Below, one piece after another: positions 10,891-22,900 of a stretch of 64,000 nt of DNA. The notes under the pieces were generated by a model, which did no database searches, was not told the origin of the DNA, and saw nothing but the letters and a program-made list of their open reading frames with translations. The stretch spans positions 288,001-352,000 of the forward strand of contig CAWCRS010000008.1 in assembly GCA_963798085.1 (NCBI GenBank), in the 5' to 3' direction. Numbering within the stretch: position 1 is the first letter of the stretch; the number at the start of each line of letters is the position of its first letter. The translations under genes were made by a program, and so were the position numbers. The DNA is from an uncultured Gemmatimonadales bacterium. GTDB lineage: Bacteria > Gemmatimonadota > Gemmatimonadetes > Longimicrobiales > RSA9.

Positions 10891-10921
10891 CGCCGCACCG
10901 CAGCGGAAAGGCGGTGCGGCG
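10891..10921. terminator. GC hairpin (11-bp perfect stem) at the junction with the permease remnant
   Basis: CGCCGCACCGC-agcggaaag-GCGGTGCGGCG. There is no U-tract, so its function is uncertain. Confidence 0.3.
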
Positions 10922-10936
10922 GATGCGGTCCCCCGC

Positions 10937-11179
10937 GTGCTGCGCGTCGTGGCGAGGCGCGCGGCTGCACGGCTGGCCGCCGGATTGGGGGGCGGACTGG
11001 TGCTCGCCATCGGCGCGACGCGGCTGCTCGCTCGACTCGCCTACGGTTTCGCGCCCGCCACTCCCGCCATCGTTGTCGCCGCTTCACTGCTGCTCGCCGC
11101 GGTGAGTGCCATCGCCAGCCGGGTGCCTGTGCGCCGGTCCCTGCGCACCGACGCGTGCTCGACGCGGATGCAGGCCTGA
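10937..11179 (+). pseudogene. C-terminal FtsX remnant of an ADOP/ABC permease
   Basis: VLRVV...GLGGGLVLAIGATRLLARLAYG...SRVPVRRSLRTD matches the last two TM helices of the permeases at 6267 and 35312. No upstream body. Confidence 0.65.
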
Positions 11180-11275
11180 GCTCGAGGCGGCTGTCTCCGT
11201 AGTTGCGGCCTTCCGGCCCGTTCGGCAGATTCGCCGTGCCGCCCCCGGCGCGTTTACTCCACCAGGAGACAGCCC

Positions 11276-14200
11276 ATGACCGCCCGCCCACTCGCGCATG
11301 TGCTGCGCATCGCATCGCTCCCGCTGAGCCTCGTCCTGACAATGACCGCGCACACGCAGGCCCAGGGTCGCGCGCAGGGCGAAGGCGGCGGCCGCGGGCA
11401 GCAGTGGGACGTGACGCAGGCGCGCGGCAAGACACGCGACATCGACTTCACGACGTCGAAGGCACGTGGATGTCGGCCGACCTCTCGCCCGACGGCTCGT
11501 GGATCGTCTTCGACCTGCTCGGCCACATCTATCGCATGCCGGCGAGCGGCGGGCGAGGCCACGGTGCTGACGCAGAACAGCGGCGTCGCCCTCAACTTCC
11601 AGCCGCGCATCTCCCCGACGGCAGGACCATCGCCTTCATCACCGATCGGCGCGGCCAGTACAACCTCTGGGTGATGAACGCGGACGGCTCCAATCCGCAC
11701 GCCGTGTTCAGCGACCTGAACGCGACCGCGCTCGAGCCGGCGTGGACGCCGGACGGCAACTACATCGTCGTGCGCAAGGGCGGGCGTGGCGGTGGCGGCG
11801 GCGGTGGCGGCGGCGGCGGCGGCATCTGGATGTACCACAAGGATGGCGGGACGGGCGTGCAGATCGTCGGTGCGTGGCGGTGGCGCGCGGGGGTGGCGGC
11901 GGCAACGGCTCGCCGTCGTGGCCGACGGTCTCCGGCGACGGCCGGTACCTGTACTACCAGGTCGAGCATGAACGTGGACGACAAGCGAGCCGCTGGCCGG
12001 CTCGATGCAGCTGCGGCGCTTCGAGTTCAAGACCGGTGAGATCGTCGACGTCACCTCGGGCGAGAGCAGCGGTGCGGCGGCGGGCCGCTTCTCGAGCGGC
12101 GGCGCGGCGGCGCCCGAAATCTCTCCCGACGGCCGCTGGCTCGCGTTCGCCCGCCAGATCCCCGACGGCACGCTCACCTTCAAGGGCCACAAGTTCGGGC
12201 CGCGCACGGCGCTCTGGCTGCGCGACATGAAGACCGGCGCGCGAGCGGATGATCATGGACCCCATCGAGCCGATGGTGGCATCGGGCTCCAAGACGCTCG
12301 GGATCCTGCCGCGATATCACTGGGCGCCCGACGGCACGTCGATCCTCATCACGCAGGGCGGCAAGCTCCGCCGCCTCGACGTCGCGACGGGGCAGGTGGC
12401 GACAATCCCGTTCACCGCGAACGTGCACCGCACGCATCTCGCAGATGGCGCGCAACGAGTTCCGCATCTCGCGATGGCCCGCTCGACGTGCAAGTTGTTC
12501 CGCTGGCCGACCACCACGCCCGATGGAAGACTGATCGCGTTCCAGGCGGTCGGCCGGATCTGGGTGCAGGACGCGGAACGGCGGCACGCCGCGCCGCATG
12601 CACGCCGGCATCCTTCTCCCCGCTCGAGTACGCGCCGGCCTGGAGCCCCGATGGCCGCAGCCTCGCGTTCGTCACGTTCGACGACACACGGCCGCGGGCA
12701 CGTCTGGAAGGTGCCCGCCACCGGCGGCGCGCCCGAGCGCCTGTCGCAGGATCCCGGCGACTACGTCGACCCCGTGTGGAGCCCCGACGGCCGGTGCGTG
12801 ATCGTCGCCCGCGGCGAGGGCGCGACCGCCCGCGGTCGCACCATGACCCACAACGCGTGGTTCGACCTCGTGCGCTTCGACGCCGGCCGCGCGCCGCCGG
12901 CGATACCGGCGTCACGCTCGCCACCATCAAGCGACCTTCCGGCGCGTCCGTGGCCGGCGGAGCCCCGCCGCCAGCTGGCGCGCCCGTCCATCGGGCCCGA
13001 GGGGCGCATCTTCTGGATCCGATCGAGCGCGCCGGCGCCCAAGGCGGCGGGCCGCGGCGGCACGGCGCTCATGTCCGTCGACCCCGATGGCAGCGACAAG
13101 CAGGAGCACCTGAGCTTCCCGGCCGCCGACGAGATCGTGCCCTCGCCCACACGGCGACTGGGTCGCATTCCAGGAAGGCGACAACGTCTACGTCGCGCCC
13201 ATGGCGTGGGGCGGCATCGGCGGCGACCCGCAGCGCATCGAGAAGCGCGCGCGGCCAGTTCCCGGTCACGCCAGCTGTCGCGCGACGGCGGCATGTTCCC
13301 GCACTGGCGCGACGGCACGACGCTCGAGTTCGGGAGCGGGCCGCACTTCTTCGTCCACCACATGGACACGGCCGGACCGACACCAGCACGCTCAGGCTGA
13401 CGGTCGCCGCGCGCCGTCCCGACGGCAGCGTCGCCCTCACCGGCGCGCGCATCGTGACGCTCGACCACCGCAAGGTCATCGAGCGCGGGACGATCGTGGT
13501 CCAGGGCAGCCGCATCGCCTGCGTCGGCAGCTGCAGCACCGCCGGCGTGGGCCGGATCGATCGACGTCGCGGCAAGACGATCATCCCGGGCTGGGTGGAC
13601 ATGCACTCGCACCACTATCGCGAATGGCGCGGCATGCGGCCGCAGGCACGACTACGAGCAGGCCATCTACCTGGCGTACGGCGTGACGACCACGCACGGA
13701 CGTCTCGATGTACAGCCAGAACATGTTCCCCACCGCCGAGCTGATCGAGACCGGCGAGATGATCGGGCCGCGCGGCTTCAGCACGGGCGACAACATCACG
13801 GCCGGCGACGCGGCACGCGCCAACGAGATGAACAAGCCGCGCGATGCAGTGGCCGCCGTGCGCAAGATGGCCGACTGGGGGGCGACGGCGATGAAGCAGT
13901 ACGCGCAGCCGCGTCGCGACCAGCGCCAGTGGATGGCCGAGGCGCGCGCGCGCTCGGCGTGAACGAGACGTCCGAGGGAGGCTACTTCCTGGAGGACGTC
14001 GGCTTCATCATGGACGGCCAGACCGGCTGGGAGCACGCGTTCAGCGAGGTCCCGATGTACGCCGATGGCGCGAAGTTCTTCGGCCTGGCGGGCGCCACGT
14101 ATTCACCCACGCTCGTCGTCGCCGGCCCCGGCGCATGGAGCATCGAGTACTGGTTCCAGCAGAGCGACGTCTGGAAGGATCCCAAGCAGCGGAAGTGGTT

Positions 14201-14707
14201 CCCGTGGCGGATGCTGGTGCCGCAGACGCGCGTCCGCTGGCTGCGCCCGGAGACCGACTACAGCTTCCCGTTCATTGCGCAGGCGATGGCGGACATCATC
14301 GCCAAGGGCGGCTAGGGCGCCATCGGCTCGCCACGGCGAGCACCACGGCATCGCCCCGCACTGGGAGGTCTGGATGGGTGCGATCCGCGCTGGGCAACAT
14401 GGGCGCCCTCGAGGTGGCCAGCCTCCACGGCGCGCATTTCCTCGGCGCCGACAAGGACCTCGGCTAGCATCGAGGTCGGCAAGCTCGCCGACCTGATGGT
14501 GCTCAACTCCAATCCGCTGGAGAACATCCGCAACACGCATCGACGCGAAGTACGTGATGAAGGGCGGCAACGCTGTACGATGCCATGTCGCTCGACGAGA
14601 TCTGGCCGAAGGCGGTGCCGTTCGGCCCGTACTACTGGGTCAACGACGACGAGCTGCAGCAGAACAACAAGCCGGTCGACATCTTCGACAAGGGGAAGAA
14701 GAAGTAG
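11276..14707 (+). CDS. TolB-like (PD40) beta-propeller + amidohydrolase fusion; heavily frameshifted in the assembly
   Basis: ATG 11276 with AGGAG RBS and signal peptide. EGTWMSADLSPDGSWIVFDLLGHIY, multiple SPDG blades, GKTIIPGWVDMHSH, GSIEVGKLADLMVLNSNPLENIRNT. Stop TAG at 14707. More than 15 indels. Confidence 0.8.
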
Positions 14708-14793
14708 GTCGTCGTGGAGTCCCGGGCCTGACGCCAGCAGGCGAAGAGCGTAAGAATGGTGTCAGGTTCCCTCAGCACGGACAGGGTCGGGCT

Positions 14794-16803
14794 CTGGTAA
14801 CGAACGAAGGGCAGCGAACCGCATCCGGGGACGCGTCACCCGCTGGATCGCGGGACGCCAGTGGATTCCGCCGCGACATCGAAGCGCTGCGCGGCCTGGC
14901 GATCCTGCTGGTTGTTGCCTATCACGCCGGTGTACCCGGTTTCACGGGCGGGTACACCGGCGTCGACGTCTTCTTCGTGCTTTCCGGCTACCTCATCACC
15001 GGCCTCCTGATCGCCGAGATCCGGTCGACCGGCCGTGTCGATTTCCTCCGGTTCTACGCCCGCCGTGCCCGCCGCCTCCTGCCTGCCGCCATCACCGTCG
15101 TCATCGCCACCCTGCTGATCGGCCGCATAGTCTACGCGCCGGTGGACCACCGCAACCTGGCTAACACGGGATTCGCAACTTCGCTGTATTTCAGCAACCT
15201 CTACTTCGTGCGAACCGCGACCGACTACCTGGCGGATCCGGGCGGCAATCCGCTGCTGCACACCTGGTCGCTGGCTGTGGAAGAGCAGTTCTACCTGTTC
15301 TGGCCCACCCTCGTGCTGCTCGGCTTCAGCGGGTTCCGCGCGAAGCCGCGCCAGGCGAGGCTGGTCGCGACCATGGTGGGCATCGGAGTCGCATCCTACG
15401 GCCTGTGCATCTGGCTGACCGGCGTATCGCAGCCGTGGGCCTTCTTCATGCTGCCCACGCGCGCGTGGGAGTTCGCCGTCGGCGCCATCGCCTGCATGGC
15501 GCCGGCCGCGTCGACGCTCGATTCCTGGCGCGTTCGCGCCATTGCCTGGATCGGCTTCCTCGCGGTGCTCGGCGCCGGCATCCGATTCGGCTCGACCACG
15601 GTGTTCCCGGGCGTCATCGCCATGATACCGGTCGGTGGCACCGCGTTGCTGCTGTCGGCCGGCGCCATCAACGGCAGCGCGGGCCCGTTCCGCCTGCTCG
15701 TGAACCGCCCCATGATGTGGTTCGGACGCATCTCCTACTCGTGGTACCTGTGGCACTGGCCCGTGCTGATCTTCGCGCAGGCGTTCCCATCACTCATGGG
15801 CGTGGGCCCCGCGATCGCGCTCAGCGTGCTGTCACTCGGCCTGGCCGCGCTGACCTACACCGTCATCGAGAATCCCATCCGCTCCAGTGCGACGCTTCGA
15901 CCGCGACCTGCGCTGTCACTCGCCATGGCAGCGGTGCTCACGCTCGCCGGTGCAGGTGTTTCCGCAGTGACGCGCTTCATCGGCGCACGGGAGGCCGTGC
16001 GGCCCGGTCAAATGCTGTACAGCCGCGCGCTGGACCTGCCGTTGATCTACTCGGATGGCTGCCACCTCCCGCCGGCCGCGACGGAAATGCAGCGCTGCGT
16101 GTACGGCGACACGAGCGCCCGATCCTCGATCGTTCTCTTCGGCGACTCCCACGCCGCACAATGGTTTCCTGCACTCCAGCGGATCGCGCGCGAGCGGCAT
16201 CTCGAGCTGCTCTCGCTGACGAAATCGGGGTGCCCGTCAGCATTCGTGGAGCTCGAGAACGAGCAGCTCGGCCGGAAGTACACGGAGTGCACGACGTGGC
16301 GCGACGCGGCAATGCAGCGGATCATCGAGCTGCGCCCGGAAGTCGTCGTGCTGTCGAACTGGAGTGGCTATCTCGACGTTCCCGGCCCACGCGTGCGCTG
16401 GACGACGAACGCAGAAGCATGGCAGTCGGGCATGGAACACACTGTCAGGACGCTGGGCGCCGCCGGCCTCCGCATCGTGCTGCTGGCCGATACCCCGCTG
16501 CCCGGCTTCGACGTGGTCTCCTGCCTCGCCCGCCACGCGTGGAATCCCACGCTGCACCGCGACCCCTGCGAGTTCCCGCGCGCCTCGGCTACCTCGGAAT
16601 TGGCGCATCGCATCGACGGTGAGGTCGCCGCTCTCGTGCCATCGGCGCAGGTCGTCGACCTGACCGACATCATTTGTCCGGCCCGCATCTGTCGTCCGCA
16701 GATCGGCCGCTCCGTCCTGTTTCGTGATGATCACCACCTGACAACACGTTTCGCGGCCAGCCTTGCCGATACGCTCGCCCGCCGCATCCTGTCCGCTCGA
16801 TAA
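14794..16803 (+). CDS. O-acyltransferase, AT3 + SGNH fusion (OafA/YrhL-like); start uncertain
   Basis: FRRDIEALRGLAILLVVAYH, GVDVFFVLSGYLIT, FYARRARRLLP, HTWSLAVEEQFY, SGNH GDSHA and DDHH. Confidence 0.9.
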   Translation: MVTNEGQRTASGDASPAGSRDASGFRRDIEALRGLAILLVVAYHAGVPGFTGGYTGVDVFFVLSGYLITGLLIAEIRSTGRVDFLRFYARRARRLLPAAITVVIATLLIGRIVYAPVDHRNLANTGFATSLYFSNLYFVRTATDYLADPGGNPLLHTWSLAVEEQFYLFWPTLVLLGFSGFRAKPRQARLVATMVGIGVASYGLCIWLTGVSQPWAFFMLPTRAWEFAVGAIACMAPAASTLDSWRVRAIAWIGFLAVLGAGIRFGSTTVFPGVIAMIPVGGTALLLSAGAINGSAGPFRLLVNRPMMWFGRISYSWYLWHWPVLIFAQAFPSLMGVGPAIALSVLSLGLAALTYTVIENPIRSSATLRPRPALSLAMAAVLTLAGAGVSAVTRFIGAREAVRPGQMLYSRALDLPLIYSDGCHLPPAATEMQRCVYGDTSARSSIVLFGDSHAAQWFPALQRIARERHLELLSLTKSGCPSAFVELENEQLGRKYTECTTWRDAAMQRIIELRPEVVVLSNWSGYLDVPGPRVRWTTNAEAWQSGMEHTVRTLGAAGLRIVLLADTPLPGFDVVSCLARHAWNPTLHRDPCEFPRASATSELAHRIDGEVAALVPSAQVVDLTDIICPARICRPQIGRSVLFRDDHHLTTRFAASLADTLARRILSAR

Positions 16804-16927
16804 CCGGGCGTTACGCGCCCGGAGCGATTCGCGGCCGTTCTCTTGACAGCGGATGCCGGACGGGCGCATATACATATGAATCTTATGGGTATGCCCCAAA
16901 GGTATGACGGCCGCAAGGAAACCGGCA

Positions 16928-18160
16928 ATGAAGCAAGCCATACGGCAGGCAATCATACTGGCACTGCTGCTGGTTGCGCGTGTGGAAACCGCGTGGGGGC
17001 AGAAGCTGCCGCTGGATTCGCTCTTTCGCGCGCACCGGCTGCCGCTCTCTTTCGCGGCCGACGCGCCGTCCGGCGAGGGCTGGGAATTCATCGTGCGGCA
17101 GGCGTCAGCGGCGCGGTTCGTGGTGGTGGGAGAATCGCACTACGTGCGCGAGATCCCGCTGTTCACGAGTCGCTTGTTCCGCACACTGCACGAGCGCGCG
17201 GGCTTTCAGTACCTCGCCCTCGAGGATGGTCCGTGGGCGATTGGCATGCTGATGCAGCCGGGTGTGCGCGGGAACCGGGATTCGACGTACGCGCGAGCGA
17301 AGCGCTACCGGAACGCGCTGCAGTTTCTCGACGACCAGGATGTCGATCTGATCGTCAATGCGGCGGCGACATCGTCGGCCGCGCGCGCACCGGTCTGGGG
17401 GTTGGACCAGACGTGGGGCACGCTGCACGTGCTGGAGCGACTGCAGGCCCTGGCGCCAGCGGCCGGGAAAGCCGTGGTACAGCGAATCGCCGATCGGGCG
17501 CGCGCAGTCGAGGTGTACCGCCCGGAAGAGAACAAACCACGCTTTCTCACGGACAGCCTGACAAAGACGGATCTCTCCGAGCTGCATCGCGCGATCGCCG
17601 GTGCGCCACCGGAAGCGGCCCGGTTGTTCGACATGCTCGAGACGTCGTTCGAGATCTACACGTCGCGAACTGACGGACCCGCGATCTATCGCTCGAACGA
17701 CCGGCGCGAGCGCTACATGAAGGCGCGCTTCACCGAGGAATACGACGCGGCCCGCGCCGCGGGCGACGCGCAGCCACGTGTCGTGATAAAGGTCGGTCAG
17801 TGGCACGCGATCAAGGGTGTTCTCAACTGGGGCAATGTGCAGCCGCTGGGCACATTCGTGTCGGAGCTGGCGCACCGCGAGGGCGGCGAGTCGCTGCACA
17901 TCTGGACAGGCCTGGTGGACGAGCCCGGCCGCTACTGGACGCTATCCGATACGCCCGAGTACGTGGCGCTGGCCAGTGCGGGGAGCACGGATCGCTGGTG
18001 GGTCGTAGACCTGCGCGAGATCCGTCCGCTCGTGGCCGCCGGGCAAGTGAACGGCGTGAACGACGAGATGCGCAAGGTCATCTTCGGCTTCGATCTGGCA
18101 TTGCTGATCGGCAATGGCAACCGCGCAACCCGCGATCGTGTCCTGCAGTCGCTCCACTGA
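16928..18160 (+). CDS. Secreted EreA/ChaN-like (erythromycin-esterase fold) protein
   Basis: Signal peptide. FVVVGESH, GFQYLALE, VWGLDQ, SNDRRERYMK, KVGQWH. Confidence 0.65.
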   Translation: MKQAIRQAIILALLLVARVETAWGQKLPLDSLFRAHRLPLSFAADAPSGEGWEFIVRQASAARFVVVGESHYVREIPLFTSRLFRTLHERAGFQYLALEDGPWAIGMLMQPGVRGNRDSTYARAKRYRNALQFLDDQDVDLIVNAAATSSAARAPVWGLDQTWGTLHVLERLQALAPAAGKAVVQRIADRARAVEVYRPEENKPRFLTDSLTKTDLSELHRAIAGAPPEAARLFDMLETSFEIYTSRTDGPAIYRSNDRRERYMKARFTEEYDAARAAGDAQPRVVIKVGQWHAIKGVLNWGNVQPLGTFVSELAHREGGESLHIWTGLVDEPGRYWTLSDTPEYVALASAGSTDRWWVVDLREIRPLVAAGQVNGVNDEMRKVIFGFDLALLIGNGNRATRDRVLQSLH

Positions 18161-18416
18161 AAGTGCCCTGAGCCGGATGAGGCCCGCTGCATTCAGGCCG
18201 GGTGCCGTCGCCGCCAACCGGTGGCCGGTCCAATGCGCCTTCCTGCCTCGCCCCCGTCTTCTGCCAGGGGGAGGGGAACCAGGCCGTGGCCAGGAACACG
18301 GCGTCAGACTTCACGACTCTTGAGTACCGGCGTGCCGGCTCACATTGTTGATAGCACGGCGTTTTCCTGCCCGGACAACGAGCGTGCAGCCATACCGGTG
18401 AGCGGCCTGGAGGACG

Positions 18417-19817
18417 GTGAGTCGCCGGTTCCTTTTCGCTAGTCGCGTGAGACGTTCGCTTCAAGGTTTGACGGCGGTGCTGCCGCGACGCGGCATCGCC
18501 GCCGCTGCCGTATTCTGGCAGGTTGCTGGATGCGCTTCGGAGCCGACCGATACCAATGACGGAGGCATCAGCGTCCAGGTACAGCGCGGCTCGCTCTTCA
18601 CTGTGGTTTCCGCCGACCAGGGTCGGGTTCACGTAGAGGGACCGACTTCCCAGACCATCACGGTAACGCCGGGCACGACTCAGACGATCACGGGTCTGCT
18701 ACCGGGTACGTATCGCATCGCGTTGGAAGGGCTGGCGCTGGGCGAAGTCGAGTCCTTTGGCGAGACGGCTGGCATCACGGTTCTGGCGGGTCGCAATTCA
18801 CGCGTGAACGTGACGCTGGAATCGTTTGTTCCCGCATTCGTATCGGTGACCTCGAATTTCACAACGGGTCCGTCGTTCAATGTGCAGTTCGACCCGGTCA
18901 CGGGCGCGAACCGCTATCGGGTGGAATGGGCGCTCGATCCTGCTTTTACCAACCCGCAATTGAGCGACGTCACCGTACCCGTCGCGACCATCCAGGTCAA
19001 TGCGACCGGGACGTATCACGTCCGCGTGCGAGCGATTGACCGCTTCGACGGCATCGGTCGCGCCAGTTCTGCCGTTACGGCAACTGTCCTTGCGCCGCCG
19101 ACCATCGCGCTCTCGCGCGCGAGCGAGAACATCACTGCGTTCACCGGAAGTCCCGATCTGGCGACCGATAGCATCGCCGTATCCAATGGTGGTGGTGGTG
19201 CACTCGGACAATTGAGTATCGGGGCGCTGCAGTACGCCAGCGGGCAACCCACGGGCTGGCTGACCGCACAACTCGATCGAACGACAGCACCGGCGTCCGT
19301 CATCCTCACTGCCACAAGCGCATCACTAACACCGGGCGCTTACGACGTCAATGTACCCATCATGTCGGCCAATGCCGTGAACAATCCGCAGACGCTCAAG
19401 GTGCACATGAATGTGGTGCCGAATGACATCACAATGGTGTACTTTGCGCATCCTGACACGCTCCTCGGCAGCCGTTCCGTCGACAGTCAGGGCAACGGCG
19501 TCCTGGATTGCGACTGGAACACCGCGACGCTGCAGGTGCTGGGCGCGGGCGGCGGCAAATGGGAAACGCAACACGTATTCCTCAAGACCGTCGGGCAGTT
19601 CGGTCAGGTAATCACCGATCAGATAACACCATTCAACGATGGCAAGCGATTCTCCGCCAACACTTCGTATGGCTATGACTATCACTACTTCACGGCCTTC
19701 AGAGATGGATCGAATCAACCGGTGTACGAGCCCTTTGATCTCACGCTGACGGCGGTATACAGAGTGGATGGCAAGTCCACACTGGACCAGGTGACACTGA
19801 GGCTGGCCTGTCGTTAG
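18417..19817 (+). CDS. Lipoprotein with Ig-like/FN3 and BACON-like domains and an unknown C-terminal domain
   Basis: GGAGG RBS, lipobox VAGC. GLLPGTYRIALE, YRVEW...YHVRVRAID (FN3), and VSNGGGGALGQLS...WLTA...GAYDVNVPI (BACON-like). Confidence 0.7.
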   Translation: MSRRFLFASRVRRSLQGLTAVLPRRGIAAAAVFWQVAGCASEPTDTNDGGISVQVQRGSLFTVVSADQGRVHVEGPTSQTITVTPGTTQTITGLLPGTYRIALEGLALGEVESFGETAGITVLAGRNSRVNVTLESFVPAFVSVTSNFTTGPSFNVQFDPVTGANRYRVEWALDPAFTNPQLSDVTVPVATIQVNATGTYHVRVRAIDRFDGIGRASSAVTATVLAPPTIALSRASENITAFTGSPDLATDSIAVSNGGGGALGQLSIGALQYASGQPTGWLTAQLDRTTAPASVILTATSASLTPGAYDVNVPIMSANAVNNPQTLKVHMNVVPNDITMVYFAHPDTLLGSRSVDSQGNGVLDCDWNTATLQVLGAGGGKWETQHVFLKTVGQFGQVITDQITPFNDGKRFSANTSYGYDYHYFTAFRDGSNQPVYEPFDLTLTAVYRVDGKSTLDQVTLRLACR

Positions 19818-19934
19818 CAGCGGGTGTGGCAGGGGCGGACGGTCCACCTTGACAAAGAAGATGAGTGAGACTCTCGAACCGCGCTGCGGCCGGGCATCGT
19901 TCGGCCGCTCCATTTTCTGACACACTGGCGGCGC

Positions 19935-22900
19935 ATGGCAGAGCCGGGCTTCACCTGTTCGTCGTGCCACCGGGATCTGCGCCCCGAGGACGCGTTCTGC
20001 AGCGGATGCGGAACGCGGGTCCCGTCGCGGCCATCGCACACCGGCCTGAGCCGCCGGCTCCGCGCGGGTGGCTCGCCATCGGCAGCGCAGCAGGCCGCGT
20101 GCGCCAGCTGCAACAGTCCGTTGCGGGCGGGAGAGCAGTTCTGCCCGAACTGCGGTGCGCGCCAGGCTGGGACGCCCGCGGACGCACGCGCGCAGGACGA
20201 AGCGCGACGGTCCGTTCTGCAAACGCTCGCCGAAGCCACACGTGGCAGATTCGAGCTCGTCCGGCAGCTTGGACGCGGGGGCATGGGTTCCGTCTACCTG
20301 GCTCGCGAACTCGATCTCGACCGCCTCGTTGCCATCAAGGTGCTGGCTTCCAACTGGCTCACCGATGAGGCCATGGTGGAGCGGTTCCGCAGGGAGGCCA
20401 GGACCATTGCGTCGCTGCGCCACCCATCGATCGTGCACGTGCACGGCGTGGGTCGCGCCGCGGATCTCCATTACTTCATCATGGACTATATCGATGGCGT
20501 TTCTCTGGCCTCGATCCTGCGCCTGCACGGCGCACTGTCCATTCCTGTCGTGCGCGCCATCCTCTACCAGGTGGGTTCAGCGTTGAGCTACGCGCACCGG
20601 CCCGGCCGCGGCGTGATTCACCGCGATGTCAAGCCTGCTAACATCATGCTGGATACCGAGGGCAATTCGTTCGTCACTGATTTCGGCATCTCGAAGGTGA
20701 CGGAATCGCAGAGCGGCCTGACCATGACCGGGTTGATCATGGGAACGCCGGAGTACATGAGCCCCGAGCAGTGTCGTGGTGATGCGGTCACGTTTGCGTC
20801 TGACCAGTACGCGCTCGGCGCGGTCGCGTACGCCATGGTGGCGGGAGCACCGCCGTTCACGGGGCCGCAATACGCCGTTCTGATGGGTCATACTGCGGAG
20901 AGCGTCCCGCCCGTTCACGAAGCACGCCCTGACTGTCCGACCGAGCTTGCGAAAGCGGTGCATCGCATGCTGGCAAAGTCGGCAGCGGAGCGCTGGCCGG
21001 ACCTGCGCGATGCGCTGGCCGCCGCGGGTGCCCGCCCCCTGCTACCGGATGATCCAGTCCGCGAAGAGCTCATTGCGCTCGTGCGCGCGGCACAGGGATC
21101 ACAGCCCGGCGCAGCAGGCGGTGCGCCACGCTTCTCTTCGAAGGATACCGGCGGCGAGCGCACGCCCACATGGCTCCGCATCATCGCATTACCACGCTCG
21201 CTCGAAATCGGCGAGGCGATTCCGTTGCGCGCCACCCTCGGGTTTGCCGATGGCGGAGAGATGGAAGGCCGTGGCGTGCGCTGGGAATCGACCGATCCAT
21301 CCATTCTGCGCGTCGAGCAGGACACCGGTCGCATGGTCGCTGTCGGAGTGGGCTCTGCGGTGATCAGGGCACAATCCGGCGCTGCTGTCGAGTCCGCCGC
21401 GGTCGATGTGACGGAGACTCGAGTGGCCCGTGTCTCGCTCGAACCGGCAACGCTCGCCATCGAGGTGGGGGACACGGCGCGACTCATTGCGCGTCCGCAG
21501 AGCACGCGGGAACAGCTGCTGGAACGCCGCGTTCTGTGGTCCTCGAGTGATCCCCGCGTCGCATCGGTTTCTGTCGATGGTGTCGTGCACGCGCACAGTG
21601 CGGGAGCGGCCAGCATTCTCGCACACTGCGAGGGAGTGGGCGCGGCCATGAACGTAGCGGTAGAGCCCGCACGGCCCGCGTCGATCGTGATCGGGGGCGT
21701 TCCCGTGGCGCTGCCGATGGGCGAGAAAGTCACTGCCCGGGCGAAGGTGCTCGACGCGCGCAACCAGGAGCTGCGCCGCAGCGTCAACTGGTCGGTGCGG
21801 GATCCCACCATCATCACGGTCGATGCGGGCGGCGTACTCCTGGGCGTGAGCGCCGGTCGTACACAGCTCAGCGCGCGGTGCGACAATGCACAGGCAATTG
21901 CCGACATCGAAGTACTGCCTGTGCCCGTCGCGCGCATTGCATCGTCGGCACCGCCTGCCGGCATGGTGGCAGGCGATACGTTCCATCTGGATGCCACCCC
22001 GCTCGACCGCGAGGGCCACGCGCTGGATCGCGCCATCACGTGGACCGTTGATAATGCAAAGATCGTCGAGCCACTGGGGAATGGCCGGTTTCGCGCCCTG
22101 GCCCATGGCACTGCCATGGTAACGGCGACAAGCGACGGCGCCACCGCGAACAGGCGGATCGAGATCGAGCCGCTGCGCGTATCGGCGCTCGTCATTGAGG
22201 CAGTATCCGGCACGCTGCAGATGGATCAGGACCTTGCGCTGCACGCCACGCTTCGCGACCAGCGTGGGGGTACGCTCACCGGAACCGTCCGCTGGTCTTC
22301 GAGCAACGCCTTCGTCGCGCGCGTCTCCACGAGTGGCGTAGTGACAGGGGCAGGTGCGGGAGATGTGACGATCACCGCGGAATGCGACGGTGTCCGGGAT
22401 TCCCTGGAACTCACCGTCGTCGAGGCGCCCTGGTCCACTGTTGTCGTGCGACCCGCTGAAGCGGGGAGTCAGGCGGCGGTGACGGAGGCCGCGGTCCAGA
22501 GCGGGACCGAGGGGATGGAAGAGATAGGCGCGCTGGCGGGCCCGGTCATCGTGCCCGCGCCACGAGCAACGCGGCGGCGCCGGGCGCTGCCATGGATCGC
22601 GGCCGTGGTTGTGGTCGGAGGCGCGGGCAGCACGTGGGTGCTGCTGCACAATCGAGCCAGTCGGGCGGGTGCCGTTGCGGCGACGCAGAATCAACCGCCG
22701 CCTGCCGCTGCCGCACCGCCGGTGGCGGCCGTCACCGTGCTGGACCGGAGCGGTCGGCCCGTCGCCAGCCGCATACAGCTTACGGTCGGCGACACGATGG
22801 GACTGAGCGCGCGCGCCAGTGCAGCCGATGGCACTCTTGCGCCGGACGTGAAGATCGCATGGCGAACCAGCGATCCCGCCGTGGCTTCAATCGACACCAA

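Noticed and set aside
14313..14315. In-frame TAG (GGC TAG GGC) as amber recoding or pyrrolysine
   Set aside because: It is a single case inside the most error-rich gene. TAG is used as a normal stop elsewhere (10604, 14707, 19817) and no pyl genes are present.
11276..14707. Many frameshifts as programmed frameshifting or true pseudogenisation
   Set aside because: The indels are dense and scattered while codon usage and motifs stay intact. The S9 frameshift at ~28945 is absent from the duplicate copy at ~32832. Long-read consensus error is the simplest explanation; this needs read polishing to confirm.
16928..18160. Bona fide macrolide resistance gene (ere)
   Set aside because: Only fold-level motifs are visible and the protein has a signal peptide; the substrate cannot be inferred.
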